Positions 45,329 through 55,636 are shown, counted from the stretch's first letter. The stretch: DNA of 64,000 bases from an uncultured Pseudomonadales bacterium (GCA_964511175.1 CAZEEI010000003.1:13716-77715); one strand, 5' to 3'. A program made the numbers and translations. The notes: generated by a model from the letters alone, not told the origin.

Positions 45329-46971
45329 TTAGCACGATAAATAAACCAAATTGGTTTACCGTCCAGATTATTCACTAAACTAAGTACCGGATATTTTTCC
45401 GGCTGGGTAGTGACAGCGTGCAGGCCGAATTCGGTGCCGGTACTGGTGCCAAAGAACCAGTTTTGAAAAGCCAAACGTTCCAACTGATCCCTCGGCGCAC
45501 TTTCTTCTTCCGCTTGTACCAGAAGTGGATCGACTGTTTGGGTGAAGAACAAATACATGGCCGGCCGACCGTACTGGCGAGACACAAAAATCGGTTCATT
45601 ATTTTGCCGCAAAGTAGTTAATTGGTCGAACAACTGCTGGTAGCCATACTGCCATTCGCCGGCGTACTGGAGGCGATACTGCGTCATAAAGTAGAAAGCG
45701 AGTACCAGCCAACTACCCAATATGCCGATTACCGTCAGCGGCGCAACCAAGCGGCGGATCAATAACCAACGATTGGACAGATAATCGGTAATAACGACTA
45801 AGCCAAGTCCAGACAATACTGCCAGCCAAGGACTAAGCGGCAAAGCGCGCAAGGCGTGCGGGGTGGTGACGGTAAGGGCGGCGGCCAACGGTGCCGCCGC
45901 AGTGAGGGTCAAGAATGCCCACCACTGTCGACGCGATCGCCAATGACTGGCGCCATAGGCCAAACCGATCAAGATAGTTAGTAACTCCCAGGGGTATAAA
46001 GCGCCAAACCACTGCGAAGTATGGCGGGGGTTAACGTCGCCCCGGCCGAACAAAAATTGCGGACTAAAGTGATCCAGATAATGAGCGGCGATAGTTTCGC
46101 CCCAGAACCAGTAACGGTGGTAAAGAACACGGCTCAGCAGGCTGAAATGATTAGCTTCCCGCAGAGCGTTAGATCGTTCAACCGGTTTGGTTTGGGCGAA
46201 GACCGAAGTTTCCGCAATCCGTTGCTGGATGGCCGGTGTGCGTAAAACCAATAGAATCGGCAACACCATGACTACGCCAACCAGCACAGCTGGTATCCAA
46301 GGTTGCCAGAAACGGCGAGGTTGTTTTTTGAGGAGCGACCAGTTGAAATTAAAGCCGAAAATAATCAGCGCAAACAGGGGGGCGAGGACGCGCGCGCCGT
46401 GGTAAGTGTACATCGATAGGGCAAAACAAATGGCAGCAGCGACGCTACTAAACCAGAATGACCGGCGCGCGCGCTGGCTGCTTGACCGATCGAGTGCTTC
46501 AGTAAGTAGTAGTGCGCCGGTTAACAATAGGAAAGTAGCTAAATTAGTTTCAAAACCAACCCGACCCACTTGCCATGACCAGGGTTGGACGGCCAAAACA
46601 AAACTGGACCAGCCAGCCACCTTAGTATTGGTCCAGCGCTTTAGGAGAAAATAAAGTACCATTACCGTACCGGCGCTGGCCAGGATAGCCGGCAGTCGTA
46701 CGGCAAAACTGTTAAGTCCAAATAGAGCAATCGCCGGCACTAAAGTATAAAAATACAGGGCTGGTTTGTAATCGCCAAAAGAGGGGAAAGCCACAATCGG
46801 CCAGGCGTTGCCGTGGTGATCGCGGCCGGTGCGCAGGATCGAGTAAGCATCATAACCTAAAGCAGCCTCTTCCCAATAAGGGCTGGGTGGTGACCAAGTT
46901 GCTCCCCAGACGCGTAAGCCCAAAGCAACCAGAAATAACACTAATGGCAGCCAGTGCTCCCAGCGTTTCAT
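45325..46971 (-). CDS. GT-C glycosyltransferase, PMT/ArnT-like (GT39/GT83 family)
   Basis: First-loop acidic motif YWEEAALGYDAYSIL and about 12 TM helices. Confidence 0.75.
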   Translation of the reverse strand: MKRWEHWLPLVLFLVALGLRVWGATWSPPSPYWEEAALGYDAYSILRTGRDHHGNAWPIVAFPSFGDYKPALYFYTLVPAIALFGLNSFAVRLPAILASAGTVMVLYFLLKRWTNTKVAGWSSFVLAVQPWSWQVGRVGFETNLATFLLLTGALLLTEALDRSSSQRARRSFWFSSVAAAICFALSMYTYHGARVLAPLFALIIFGFNFNWSLLKKQPRRFWQPWIPAVLVGVVMVLPILLVLRTPAIQQRIAETSVFAQTKPVERSNALREANHFSLLSRVLYHRYWFWGETIAAHYLDHFSPQFLFGRGDVNPRHTSQWFGALYPWELLTILIGLAYGASHWRSRRQWWAFLTLTAAAPLAAALTVTTPHALRALPLSPWLAVLSGLGLVVITDYLSNRWLLIRRLVAPLTVIGILGSWLVLAFYFMTQYRLQYAGEWQYGYQQLFDQLTTLRQNNEPIFVSRQYGRPAMYLFFTQTVDPLLVQAEEESAPRDQLERLAFQNWFFGTSTGTEFGLHAVTTQPEKYPVLSLVNNLDGKPIWFIYRAN

Positions 46972-48692
46972 AAGGACCTTGCCTCCGCCACCCAGAAAAT
47001 AACTTGGCCGGTGTGATCGGTAATGGTTTCGTGCAGTTGTAGGCGTGGGTCAGCTAGTTGTTGCGGACTAATTTCCGTGGGTTGAAGAAAGAGGATCAGT
47101 CGCTGGTTAACGGTTCTGGCCCAAATATCATCCCAATGAATAGTTTCGAACGACAAATTACCAATTCTTTTAACGTGCTGGAAACCCTCATCATCAACCG
47201 GATAGTACTCAACCGTGCGGTGGAATTGTTGTGGATCAATCCGATTTTTCCAGAGATACCAAATGTACGGTGAAGAGGCTGGCGACTGAACGATTAACTG
47301 GGCGTTTTCATTTTGATAATGCGGTACTGCCTCTGCCCAACGCGACCACTTTTCTTCACTAAAGCGGTAATCCTGCTGCGGCGCGATCACTAAATAATTT
47401 ATTTCGTAGCGCAGGATCGAGAGAATAATGATGCCGCTTAGGCCAACCCCAAACACTAGATGAGACCGCCAAGTTGTTAAAGCTTGCCACACCGCTACTA
47501 TGCCAATGGCCGCGCAAATTTCCAGTAGCGGGAAAATGGGTGAAAGGCGAATCGTATGTTGAGGAGCGACAGTAAGGGAGGGGGCAACTAAGCCGCAGAT
47601 CAGCCACAACCACAATACCGAGACGATCGGATTGGTTCGCCGCCGCCATAGTTCAGCCAAACCAATCAAGAGAAATGGTGCGATAAACAAATGTAAATTG
47701 CCGATCCCGGTTTGGTTGTGGACGTGATGATCGGTGGTAGAGGTAAAAAGGAAATCAGTGGAGAGTGTTTCGACTAGGTGGCTGGCAAAGATAGCGGCAG
47801 TTTCCGTCCAACGATTGGCGATTAATTTGTCCGCCAACGTATTACCTAACAGAGCCTGACGGTAGAGCACCCAACGATCGGCGAGAACTTCGGTAGCAAA
47901 CGGATTAATACCAGCTAGTTTAGTTTGGTTGGCCGACCACACCCCGCCAAACCAGAGTAGAGCCAGGGTAATGCCGCCAATCATGAGACCGCCCAGTATT
48001 CCCGGTCGATCGTACTTAGTTAAGGAGCGGTGGTTAAGAATGATTAGTCCAACTATCATCAGCGGCACCAAAATTTGGTAGGAGTGATAAGTCAACATGC
48101 TCAGGGAAAAACCACCAGCTGATACCAGCCACCACCACCGTTCGTAGCGGGGTTGGGATTGAGCTTCCAACCAAGCCACTAACCCACTCAAAAAGAAAGC
48201 CATGGCCAAATGTGCTTCATAGGCCACGCGCGAAAAGTGGTTGCCCCAAGGGCTAATGGCCACTAGAAGCATAGCCACTAAGGGTAGATAGCGAACTTTA
48301 AATGACGGTTTGGTTTTGGTGACCAGGTGCCAACCGATTCGTCCTACCAGACCAATGACCACCAAGCCGGCCAGAAACGATGGTAGTTTAACTACCCAAT
48401 CGCCAGTGCCCAGTGTAGCTACCAAAGGAATTAAGGTATAAACATAACCTGGTAGTTTTTGATCGCCGAAGGAAGCTAGAGAAACGGGCCAGGATATGCC
48501 ATGTTCATCTTGGCCGGAACGCCACAGTGACCAAGCGTTATAACCCAAAGCGGCCTCATCGCGGTTTAAACCGATTGGAACTTGACCAAACCAAGGCAGA
48601 CGAATCGCCAGAGCTAACAGTAAGATAGCGGTAATCCACCACTTAAGGTTTTTCATAGAAGTAAAAAGCACCATAACCATCGGCTCGTTCAA
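46968..48692 (-). CDS. GT-C glycosyltransferase, PMT/ArnT-like; paralog of the gene at 45325
   Basis: LNRDEAALGYNAWSL motif in a polytopic protein. Confidence 0.75.
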   Translation of the reverse strand: MNEPMVMVLFTSMKNLKWWITAILLLALAIRLPWFGQVPIGLNRDEAALGYNAWSLWRSGQDEHGISWPVSLASFGDQKLPGYVYTLIPLVATLGTGDWVVKLPSFLAGLVVIGLVGRIGWHLVTKTKPSFKVRYLPLVAMLLVAISPWGNHFSRVAYEAHLAMAFFLSGLVAWLEAQSQPRYERWWWLVSAGGFSLSMLTYHSYQILVPLMIVGLIILNHRSLTKYDRPGILGGLMIGGITLALLWFGGVWSANQTKLAGINPFATEVLADRWVLYRQALLGNTLADKLIANRWTETAAIFASHLVETLSTDFLFTSTTDHHVHNQTGIGNLHLFIAPFLLIGLAELWRRRTNPIVSVLWLWLICGLVAPSLTVAPQHTIRLSPIFPLLEICAAIGIVAVWQALTTWRSHLVFGVGLSGIIILSILRYEINYLVIAPQQDYRFSEEKWSRWAEAVPHYQNENAQLIVQSPASSPYIWYLWKNRIDPQQFHRTVEYYPVDDEGFQHVKRIGNLSFETIHWDDIWARTVNQRLILFLQPTEISPQQLADPRLQLHETITDHTGQVIFWVAEARSL

Positions 48693-50250
48693 CCACGTAA
48701 GCTGGCACCCCCGCTATTCTTTCTGCTGGGCTGGTAACGATCACATCATAGTGGTTTAGATCATTTGGTTCAATTGAACCGAAAGTGACCTGGGGTACCA
48801 ACTGACTGCGGTAGACATTTGGCGGGATATCCAGCCCAAATCCGAAGAAAATCGCCGGCTGGCCATAGGCATCAGTGAACTTGATGTTTTTTCCGGCTTG
48901 ACGGTAGCGATCGGTTATTTGGACAGCCGGCAGATAACCCTGCATCCAGGCGGCACTAGCACTGGCTTGATAAGGTCCCTGGTAAAAACGCCAAAAATTA
49001 GCTAGTTCTAGACCGGAAAAAAGGATCAACATTCCAACTACCGAGGTGAAAATTAAGTGTTTTAAATCGTGGCGCAGTTCATCGATTGCGGTCACCATTA
49101 GCATAATGAAGGCTGGCAGTGATAGTATAGCCCGATTAGCGTGGGGCAGTTCGAACCCTAAAGCCGCCGGCAAAATACCAATGATAACCAACAATACCCA
49201 AAAGCAGGCTGGTATCGTCGCTGACTGCTCCCGACGTTGCCAAATCCGCTGCCACCAGGAAGCATTGGTTAAGCAGTCCAGTCCGTGGCCTAAAACATAG
49301 CTAACTCCGAGGATTACCAACAACATTTGGCTATAAGTCAGTACTCCCCACTGACTGGTACCATGACGCAGGGTATCGGTTTGTCCCCAGACTAAAAACT
49401 GAAAACTTAAGTGGACCAGCAGGCCATGTAAAACGGCGGCGAGGTTAGTCAGCAAACTGCCTCCCTGGCTAAAGATGAGAGTTTGCCCAGCACGAACCGC
49501 TCCCGAGCCGATGATGACGCTCATGGCTAAGGGCAGAGCGAGCATACCGGTAGGGATGGCGACCGCCGCTAAAGTTAAGCGATTATCCCGCCACCACTGA
49601 CGCGAGCGGTACCAACTGAAGCCAGCCATGAGTAACAAGGCCAAAGGAATGACAATTTTAGCCGAATGATAAGTGTATAACGCGCCTAGTGTACCCACTG
49701 CGCCTACTGCCAACCAGCGCCAATCGACTTTTTTCTGCTGGCTAATCTCAACCCAGCTCAGTAGTAGGAGTAGATAGAAAAATAAGGCCAGTCCAGACTC
49801 AAAAGCGACCCGGGAAAACAAAAGATGCCAAGGGGCAACTAGCAACAGCCAGCCGCTAAGCAAACCCAGCCAGCGGTGGTTAAAGTTACGGGCGCCTAGT
49901 CGGATCATTAAGCCCACACTCGCAATGCCAGCCAGCGCAAAAGGCAGGCGTACCACCCAAGGTTTGAGGCCGAGCAGCGTCGTAAAAAGTCCGGTCAAAT
50001 ACATAGCTAGCGGTGCTTTGTAATCGCCAAAAGATTGAAAAGTGAGCGGCAAAAAATGAGCGTACTCATCGCGGCGGGTGGTAATTACCATCTTACCAAT
50101 GTAACCCAACGCTGCCTCATCCCAGCTCATACCAGGGGGAGCGGCACCTAGCCGCCACAGCCGCGTGGCCGCGGCCAGAAACAAAACAAAACCAACCGCG
50201 CACCAGTAGTAACGATTGTCTTTGGAAAAGGCTTTTTGCCACCAACGCAT
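48643..50250 (-). CDS. GT-C glycosyltransferase, PMT/ArnT-like; third tandem paralog
   Basis: MSWDEAALGYIGKM motif in a polytopic protein. Confidence 0.75.
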   Translation of the reverse strand: MRWWQKAFSKDNRYYWCAVGFVLFLAAATRLWRLGAAPPGMSWDEAALGYIGKMVITTRRDEYAHFLPLTFQSFGDYKAPLAMYLTGLFTTLLGLKPWVVRLPFALAGIASVGLMIRLGARNFNHRWLGLLSGWLLLVAPWHLLFSRVAFESGLALFFYLLLLLSWVEISQQKKVDWRWLAVGAVGTLGALYTYHSAKIVIPLALLLMAGFSWYRSRQWWRDNRLTLAAVAIPTGMLALPLAMSVIIGSGAVRAGQTLIFSQGGSLLTNLAAVLHGLLVHLSFQFLVWGQTDTLRHGTSQWGVLTYSQMLLVILGVSYVLGHGLDCLTNASWWQRIWQRREQSATIPACFWVLLVIIGILPAALGFELPHANRAILSLPAFIMLMVTAIDELRHDLKHLIFTSVVGMLILFSGLELANFWRFYQGPYQASASAAWMQGYLPAVQITDRYRQAGKNIKFTDAYGQPAIFFGFGLDIPPNVYRSQLVPQVTFGSIEPNDLNHYDVIVTSPAERIAGVPAYVVERADGYGAFYFYEKP

Positions 50251-50299
50251 GAGGCTATTGTGGCACAGAGACGGCAGAAAATAAACGTATCGCGGCGCG

Positions 50300-50308
50300 T
50301 GGTATAAT
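50300..50308 (+). promoter_or_regulatory. Extended -10 TGgTATAAT promoter for the gene at 50378
   Basis: Perfect TGnTATAAT about 70 nt upstream of the start codon. Confidence 0.5.
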
Positions 50309-50377
50309 ACTAGCGTTTAGGCGAAGGCAGCGCTAACATAGGTGTCACTTGTAATTATCTGCCTTAGATAGGAATGT

Positions 50378-50686
50378 ATGAGTAAAAGACCAGCGACTAC
50401 AAGGGAGAAGGCTGCGAGGTCGCTGCCAGAGACAGCCACGATTGCTGTTATGCAATCCTTTTTACGACAGGAATCAGACGCTCGCGATCAAAATTCGTTA
50501 GCAGCGATTCGGACGTTAGTCGCTAAGATAAAAACAATGACCGGTTTGCGCAATGTGATCTTTGCTTGCAAATTAGGCGCTATTGATTTGAGTACCAGAG
50601 ATGGGCAAAGGAGACAGTGGCTGTTGGATATAGTGCAATCAGCTATCACTACTTTAATTGAAAAAGAAAAGCAACAAACGCGTTAA
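50378..50686 (+). CDS. Small hypothetical protein; paralog of the gene at 51274
   Basis: Shares the 5' region TAGATAGGA(GA)ATGTATG and the N-terminal pattern ..M.SFLR..S with the gene at 51274. Confidence 0.45.
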   Translation: MSKRPATTREKAARSLPETATIAVMQSFLRQESDARDQNSLAAIRTLVAKIKTMTGLRNVIFACKLGAIDLSTRDGQRRQWLLDIVQSAITTLIEKEKQQTR

Positions 50687-51150
50687 CGCACTGTCTGGTA
50701 GTCTTCGAATTCAGGCCAAGGGTTGGATCCATCGGACACAAATCGTTGGGTTTTAACATCATAGTGGTAGTACAGCACGTAGGACTCCCCTCGGAGATCA
50801 ACTATTGTTGTGAAAAAAATGTCCCTCCCCCATTCGGTTGCCAATTTAACAATGGTGGGTATTAATTCTCCAGCCGGTGTTATGGAGAGAGGATCACAAA
50901 CAAAAGCTGTTTCTACGGATGAACCGTCTTCAACACGTGAATGGCAGCCGTCGTCAGTTTCCTTAGCCTTGCTCCCACTTTTGTCTCCGCCTTTATTACG
51001 CCTAGAAGCATTGTCTGCGATTATCGCATCAATGGACATCGCATTAATATAGTACTGCCGAGCTTCGGCATGTTTACCCCTATTGGTTAATATATCGCCC
51101 ATCAACGTACGAAGCGCACTCTCAAGACGTAAATTACTCATACAAAACAC
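50683..51150 (-). CDS. Hypothetical protein with an N-terminal TPR-like helix pair
   Basis: GKHAEARQYYINAMSID is a TPR-like motif. Convergent with the gene at 50378. Confidence 0.4.
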   Translation of the reverse strand: MFCMSNLRLESALRTLMGDILTNRGKHAEARQYYINAMSIDAIIADNASRRNKGGDKSGSKAKETDDGCHSRVEDGSSVETAFVCDPLSITPAGELIPTIVKLATEWGRDIFFTTIVDLRGESYVLYYHYDVKTQRFVSDGSNPWPEFEDYQTVR

Positions 51151-51233
51151 CTTTCCTTAGTAGATGCTAGCGATTATTGGGCAGTATACAACATGAGGTA
51201 AAAATTACCAAGTAATTTGTTAATTGAGTGCTA

Positions 51234-51242
51234 TGTTACAAT
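51234..51242 (+). promoter_or_regulatory. Extended -10 TGtTACAAT promoter for the gene at 51274
   Basis: A TGnTACAAT lies about 30 nt upstream of the start. Confidence 0.45.
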
Positions 51243-51273
51243 GATAGCCAACTTGTCCTAGATAGGAGAATGT

Positions 51274-51816
51274 ATGTTGGGTGATAGTCGAGAGGTGGAG
51301 TGCGCAGCAGGAACGGTATCCCAAGCAGAAACCAAAATTTCGCAGGAGGCGCTACAGGCTTTTGGTGCGATGGAGTCTTTTTTAAGGTCTAACTCCGAGA
51401 CTATGTTAGAGAAAGAAGAAGTTAAGGCCGCCATCGATGCGGTGCCGGTTTTGGGAGAGTTGCAGACCCTGCTTTTTCATTTTCGTTTAGGCTCGTATAG
51501 TTCTGAGACGATGTTGCAATGCAAACTTAACTACTTGAGTCAGGTGGTTAATGAAGCCATGACTCAATTAATTAACCAAAGGAATGCAGATCAAGAACGA
51601 TTAGAAGGTATGATTGTTGCTGCTCAGAGGGATAGCACCGCGGACATGGACTTGATTTTGCCAGGGATAAGGGCAGTGGCAGCGCGACTAGATCTTGATG
51701 GACTAGAGAGTGCCTATAACCGCTTTCGTACTTGGTCTGGCAATAGTCGATTCGAGCGTGCCTTCTCAATTCTTAAGGAAACCTTAGAGGCGAGAAAAAG
51801 TGTGCCTGTTCGATAG
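51274..51816 (+). CDS. Hypothetical protein; paralog of the gene at 50378
   Basis: See the entry at 50378. Confidence 0.45.
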   Translation: MLGDSREVECAAGTVSQAETKISQEALQAFGAMESFLRSNSETMLEKEEVKAAIDAVPVLGELQTLLFHFRLGSYSSETMLQCKLNYLSQVVNEAMTQLINQRNADQERLEGMIVAAQRDSTADMDLILPGIRAVAARLDLDGLESAYNRFRTWSGNSRFERAFSILKETLEARKSVPVR

Positions 51817-51836
51817 TAGTAAATTATTTTGCTAAA

Positions 51837-52784
51837 TTAAGACTGAGCCAGCACTTGTCGGTCGGTAAGCTGCCAGAGCTGGTTAACTTGGTGACGTCGC
51901 CTTAAAAGTAAAGGTAATTGTTTTGTTGCCCGAATAAAACCAGCTAGCACTGTCCCCTTGGTTCGCCAGTTAGTGATCGTTAAATGGTACGGCAGCCACA
52001 GTAAGTGTTGGATCAATAGCGATTGGTCGGTAATATTTTTCCAAACGATTAGAAACTGGTTTTTACAACTGACAATTTCAGTCTGACGCTGGCCAAATAC
52101 CGTAATGTTAGTGGTTTCGTGCTGGTGAAGTACTAGAGCAGCTGGTTCAAAGGCGATTTTCCAGCCGTGTTTGAGCGCGCGGTAGGACAGATCACGATCT
52201 TCCTGGTAGGCCGGATAAAACAAGGTATCCATCCCACCGATAGCTAAAAACTTGGCGCGGTCGACCATCATACTGCCGCCGGTGGTCCAAAGGGTATCGT
52301 GTTTAGTTTGATCCGGGTCGTACCAGTGGACTAAAAGACCGCGCCGGAAACCACCCGTGCCACGACCGGATACTTTGGCGCCTGGTTTGTCTTGGTCTAC
52401 TTCGGCACAACCCACCGCAAACATCAGTGGATCGCTGAACCACGCTAGGAGTGTGGCAACAATATCTTTGGTCAGCGGCGAAACGTCATTGTTGAGCAAA
52501 AAAATGAACGGGTGTTGCGCCGCTTTTATGCCAGTATTGACAGCGGCGGCAAAACGCTGATTGGAGTGATGCTGCGCTAAGGTTAAGTCGATGCCCTTAG
52601 TTTGGTAGCGTGGTGCCAGAGTGCGTACCCAGTTGGCGGTGTCATCGGTTGAAGCGTCATCGACAATGACGATTTCATCACCGGCGCGTAAAACCTTAGC
52701 TACCTCCGGCAAATGCTTGGCCAACAGAAGGCGGGCGTTGTAGGTGGGGATGACAACTGAGACCGGGACAGGCGCGCGCGGCAT
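51837..52784 (-). CDS. Glycosyltransferase family 2
   Basis: VSVVIPTYNAR...DDASTDDT, with a DxD motif. Confidence 0.85.
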   Translation of the reverse strand: MPRAPVPVSVVIPTYNARLLLAKHLPEVAKVLRAGDEIVIVDDASTDDTANWVRTLAPRYQTKGIDLTLAQHHSNQRFAAAVNTGIKAAQHPFIFLLNNDVSPLTKDIVATLLAWFSDPLMFAVGCAEVDQDKPGAKVSGRGTGGFRRGLLVHWYDPDQTKHDTLWTTGGSMMVDRAKFLAIGGMDTLFYPAYQEDRDLSYRALKHGWKIAFEPAALVLHQHETTNITVFGQRQTEIVSCKNQFLIVWKNITDQSLLIQHLLWLPYHLTITNWRTKGTVLAGFIRATKQLPLLLRRRHQVNQLWQLTDRQVLAQS

Positions 52785-53905
52785 TAAACCTCCAGCATTT
52801 GGTCGATAGTTTGGCAGAATCGTTCTAAGGAAAAAGTCGCCGCTTTGGTCCGCGCCGCGCGCGCCAGCTCAGTATGTGCTTTAACGCCCTGGCGCAGAAT
52901 GTGGTTAGTTAATTCGTCTAACTGAGCGGTGGTGGCAAAACGGAAACCGTTAACACCATGGTCAACACTTTCCTTGAGGCCACCGCGGTCAACTACTAAG
53001 GGAATGCAGCCGTGCGCCATGGCTTCAATCGTACTCATGCCAAAGTGCTCCACGCGCTGGGGTTCTTGTTCTTCATCGATCTGGTAGCCGGCGGCGTGCC
53101 AAAAGAGCAAACTTTCGTCGTAAAGACGGTGCAGTCGCTCGTAGGATATGTCGTGGTAGAACTTGACCGGATAGTGTCCCACTTTTTGTTTGAGGCGGCG
53201 GACGAAATCACTATGGATACTGCCTGGTTCTACTCCGCCTACTAAAACGAGGGAAAGTTTTTTCCGGCTCCAGTTGTATTTTTCGTAGCCAGTGAGAAAA
53301 GCTTCCAGGAGAATATCCTGGCGCTTGGCGTGGACATCGGTATGCTCCGGGTCAAAGAAGCGACCCACCGCAATAATCTGGTTTTTCTTTTTGGTTAAAT
53401 CGGGGAAGGGCAAATGGCTGGTATCGACGTAAGGATAATGAATAAAAGGAATGTCGATTTGCCAAGATTCCTGTACCGCCCGTTGGGTAAAAGCAGAATT
53501 GGCGTTGCGAACTTGCCAAGACATTAGTTTTTGGCGGGCGAACCAGCCGCGGTGCTGGTTACGGAACGGGATCTGAATGTGTAAAACATTTTTAGGAGCG
53601 CCGGCCCAAAATAGACTACCATCAGTGGCGTACCAAAAAACATCGTAATGTCGTGTTTCTTGCCAGTGGGTAAGCGGGTTACCGCGACCGGAGGCCAACG
53701 GTGAGGGTCGCCACTGGACGCGTGACAAATCAAGGGCAAATAAGCGTTCGTATTCTCGCGCCCGACCATCAATATCTTTGACCGTATGGGGAATTAAAAT
53801 ACTAACTTGATGATTTTGGGATAAATACCAAGCCGTAGTGAGGAGATGTTTTTCGCCGCCGCCCGCGTGCTTAGGTAAATAAGGAGAATAAATACCAATC
53901 TTCAT
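52784..53905 (-). CDS. Glycosyltransferase family 4; start assigned to the internal MKIGIYSPY
   Basis: GT-B fold with the EHFGMSTIEAMA motif. The ATG at 53905 overlaps the upstream GT2 stop (ATGA); the track ORF extends to 54061. Confidence 0.8.
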   Translation of the reverse strand: MKIGIYSPYLPKHAGGGEKHLLTTAWYLSQNHQVSILIPHTVKDIDGRAREYERLFALDLSRVQWRPSPLASGRGNPLTHWQETRHYDVFWYATDGSLFWAGAPKNVLHIQIPFRNQHRGWFARQKLMSWQVRNANSAFTQRAVQESWQIDIPFIHYPYVDTSHLPFPDLTKKKNQIIAVGRFFDPEHTDVHAKRQDILLEAFLTGYEKYNWSRKKLSLVLVGGVEPGSIHSDFVRRLKQKVGHYPVKFYHDISYERLHRLYDESLLFWHAAGYQIDEEQEPQRVEHFGMSTIEAMAHGCIPLVVDRGGLKESVDHGVNGFRFATTAQLDELTNHILRQGVKAHTELARAARTKAATFSLERFCQTIDQMLEV

Positions 53906-54759
53906 GATGCCCGCCACTGCTTCTGGATTTCTTCCTCGATTCGTTCGTAACGTTTTGGGAGCGGCGGCTTTTGTTGCAACTCCCAGAGCCGAACGTAAAC
54001 TAAAAAGCGGTTCATGGTTTGAATCATGGCTTCGATCAAACCTTCGGCGCCATCTTTCCAAGCCAACTGCCAGCCTACCCGCTTACCAAAATCAAAGACC
54101 ACTATTTTGATCAGACGCAGTGGTCCGACGCGTGGGTGATTAGCATCCAGTAGAAGTTGAGCTTCGGTATCAGTCCACTCAATCGATTTGCGCAGGCCGT
54201 CGAATAAACTGCGGTGGGTTAAATGGACGAGCGGTTCCTCGATCGCGCCCAGCCGACCCACGATTTCCGCGTGTTCGTGCACATCACCGACCCAATTTTT
54301 CAGACGATCGCGCCGCATTAGGCGCAGCAGAGCATCATTTTCCCAGCCACCGTGTTGCATCCAGCGGCCGTAGTGGATATTGTTGCGCTTGAGAGTGTAG
54401 GCGTCAAAGTCAGGCCGGCGGATCCGGCTTTGAATGGCTTTAGCCAGCGCCGGCGTCACCCGTTCGTCAGCATCAATGTAGAGTAGCCAGTCGCCCGTAG
54501 CATGTTGAGCGGCCTCATTCCGCCAGGCCGAAAAATTTTTACCAGTAGCCTGCACCACCGTGGCGCCTGCCCGACGGGCAATACCTTTAGTGCGATCGGT
54601 AGAGCCGGTATCCAACAAAATAATCTCATTGGCCCAGCGCAAAGTTTCCAAGCAATTAACAATCATCATCTCTTCATTTTTCGCAATGACGATCGCGGTC
54701 AACTGGGGGTTTAATTCAGTCGGTGTGGTAGTAAGCGCATTTGCCATAGTGGTCACCAA
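53902..54759 (-). CDS. Glycosyltransferase family 2
   Basis: TAIVIAKNEE...LDTGSTD...DADE. Confidence 0.85.
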   Translation of the reverse strand: MVTTMANALTTTPTELNPQLTAIVIAKNEEMMIVNCLETLRWANEIILLDTGSTDRTKGIARRAGATVVQATGKNFSAWRNEAAQHATGDWLLYIDADERVTPALAKAIQSRIRRPDFDAYTLKRNNIHYGRWMQHGGWENDALLRLMRRDRLKNWVGDVHEHAEIVGRLGAIEEPLVHLTHRSLFDGLRKSIEWTDTEAQLLLDANHPRVGPLRLIKIVVFDFGKRVGWQLAWKDGAEGLIEAMIQTMNRFLVYVRLWELQQKPPLPKRYERIEEEIQKQWRAS

Positions 54760-55636
54760 TGACGTCTAGTATAGCGCGTCGCACCGCCTGGTTGCCAGAG
54801 CGGTACTGCTGCACTAATTGTTTGAGTAGAAACAACTTAGTACGCCAAGGCGCATAAGTAAAGCCCAAACGGTAACGGTTACGGGTTTGATAGTACTGGT
54901 GCAGAGTTGAGCCAGCGCCGGAAGAGCCGGCGTTGTCGTGCCAGACTACTGCTTCTGGTTGGTAGATTGTTTGGTATCCTGCCCGCTGGAGGCGTAGCGA
55001 CAGCTCAACATCTTCCCAGTATAAAAAGTATTTTTCATCGAAGCCGCCTAACTTGGCTAACAAATGGGGACGTAGGGCAACACAACAGCCGGTGACAAAA
55101 GGAGTTGGTTCAAGCTCATCATATTGGCCACGATCGATCTCATCGACGGCGCGGTGAAAAGTATACATTTCCGGCCAATCGATGGCGCCGCCGCCGTACC
55201 AAAACACCTGGCCTTTTTCTGCCGTCTGGTAACCAGATTGAAATTCGCGGCCAGCGGTAAAATAAATTTTGGGTACTACGGCACCGCATAGCGGCCGCGC
55301 GTGGAGGGTATGGTGCAGAGTAGCGATCGCCGTCGGCTCAACTGTAGCGTCGTCGTTAAGCAAAACAATGGTATCAGGGTCCAAGTTATTCCGCGCAAAC
55401 TGGATGCCGGCATTATTACCGCCAGTAAAACCCAGATTTTGTTCAGTGCGGATTACCGTTAGCCAATCGGCAAATTCGGTGAGCAGAACTTCGGCCGATT
55501 CTGCCGCAGCATTATCGACCACAATAGGCGAAATGTTGAGGTCGCCTTTACTTCGGCGCAAAGACTGTAGGCAAGTACGCACATTAGGTAGCGAACGATA
55601 ATGAATAATAATGACAGCAACGTGGTTATTGGTCAT
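54716..55636 (-). CDS. Glycosyltransferase family 2
   Basis: VAVIIIHYRS...VVDNA...LNDD. Confidence 0.8.
   Translation of the reverse strand: MTNNHVAVIIIHYRSLPNVRTCLQSLRRSKGDLNISPIVVDNAAAESAEVLLTEFADWLTVIRTEQNLGFTGGNNAGIQFARNNLDPDTIVLLNDDATVEPTAIATLHHTLHARPLCGAVVPKIYFTAGREFQSGYQTAEKGQVFWYGGGAIDWPEMYTFHRAVDEIDRGQYDELEPTPFVTGCCVALRPHLLAKLGGFDEKYFLYWEDVELSLRLQRAGYQTIYQPEAVVWHDNAGSSGAGSTLHQYYQTRNRYRLGFTYAPWRTKLFLLKQLVQQYRSGNQAVRRAILDVIGDHYGKCAYYHTD

Noticed and set aside
52784-54061. Long start of the GT4 gene at 54061, overlapping the upstream GT2 gene by 160 nt.
   Set aside because: The internal MKIGIYSPY at 53905 is the typical GT4 N-terminus and forms a 4-nt ATGA overlap with the GT2 stop, so the long N-terminal extension is discarded.
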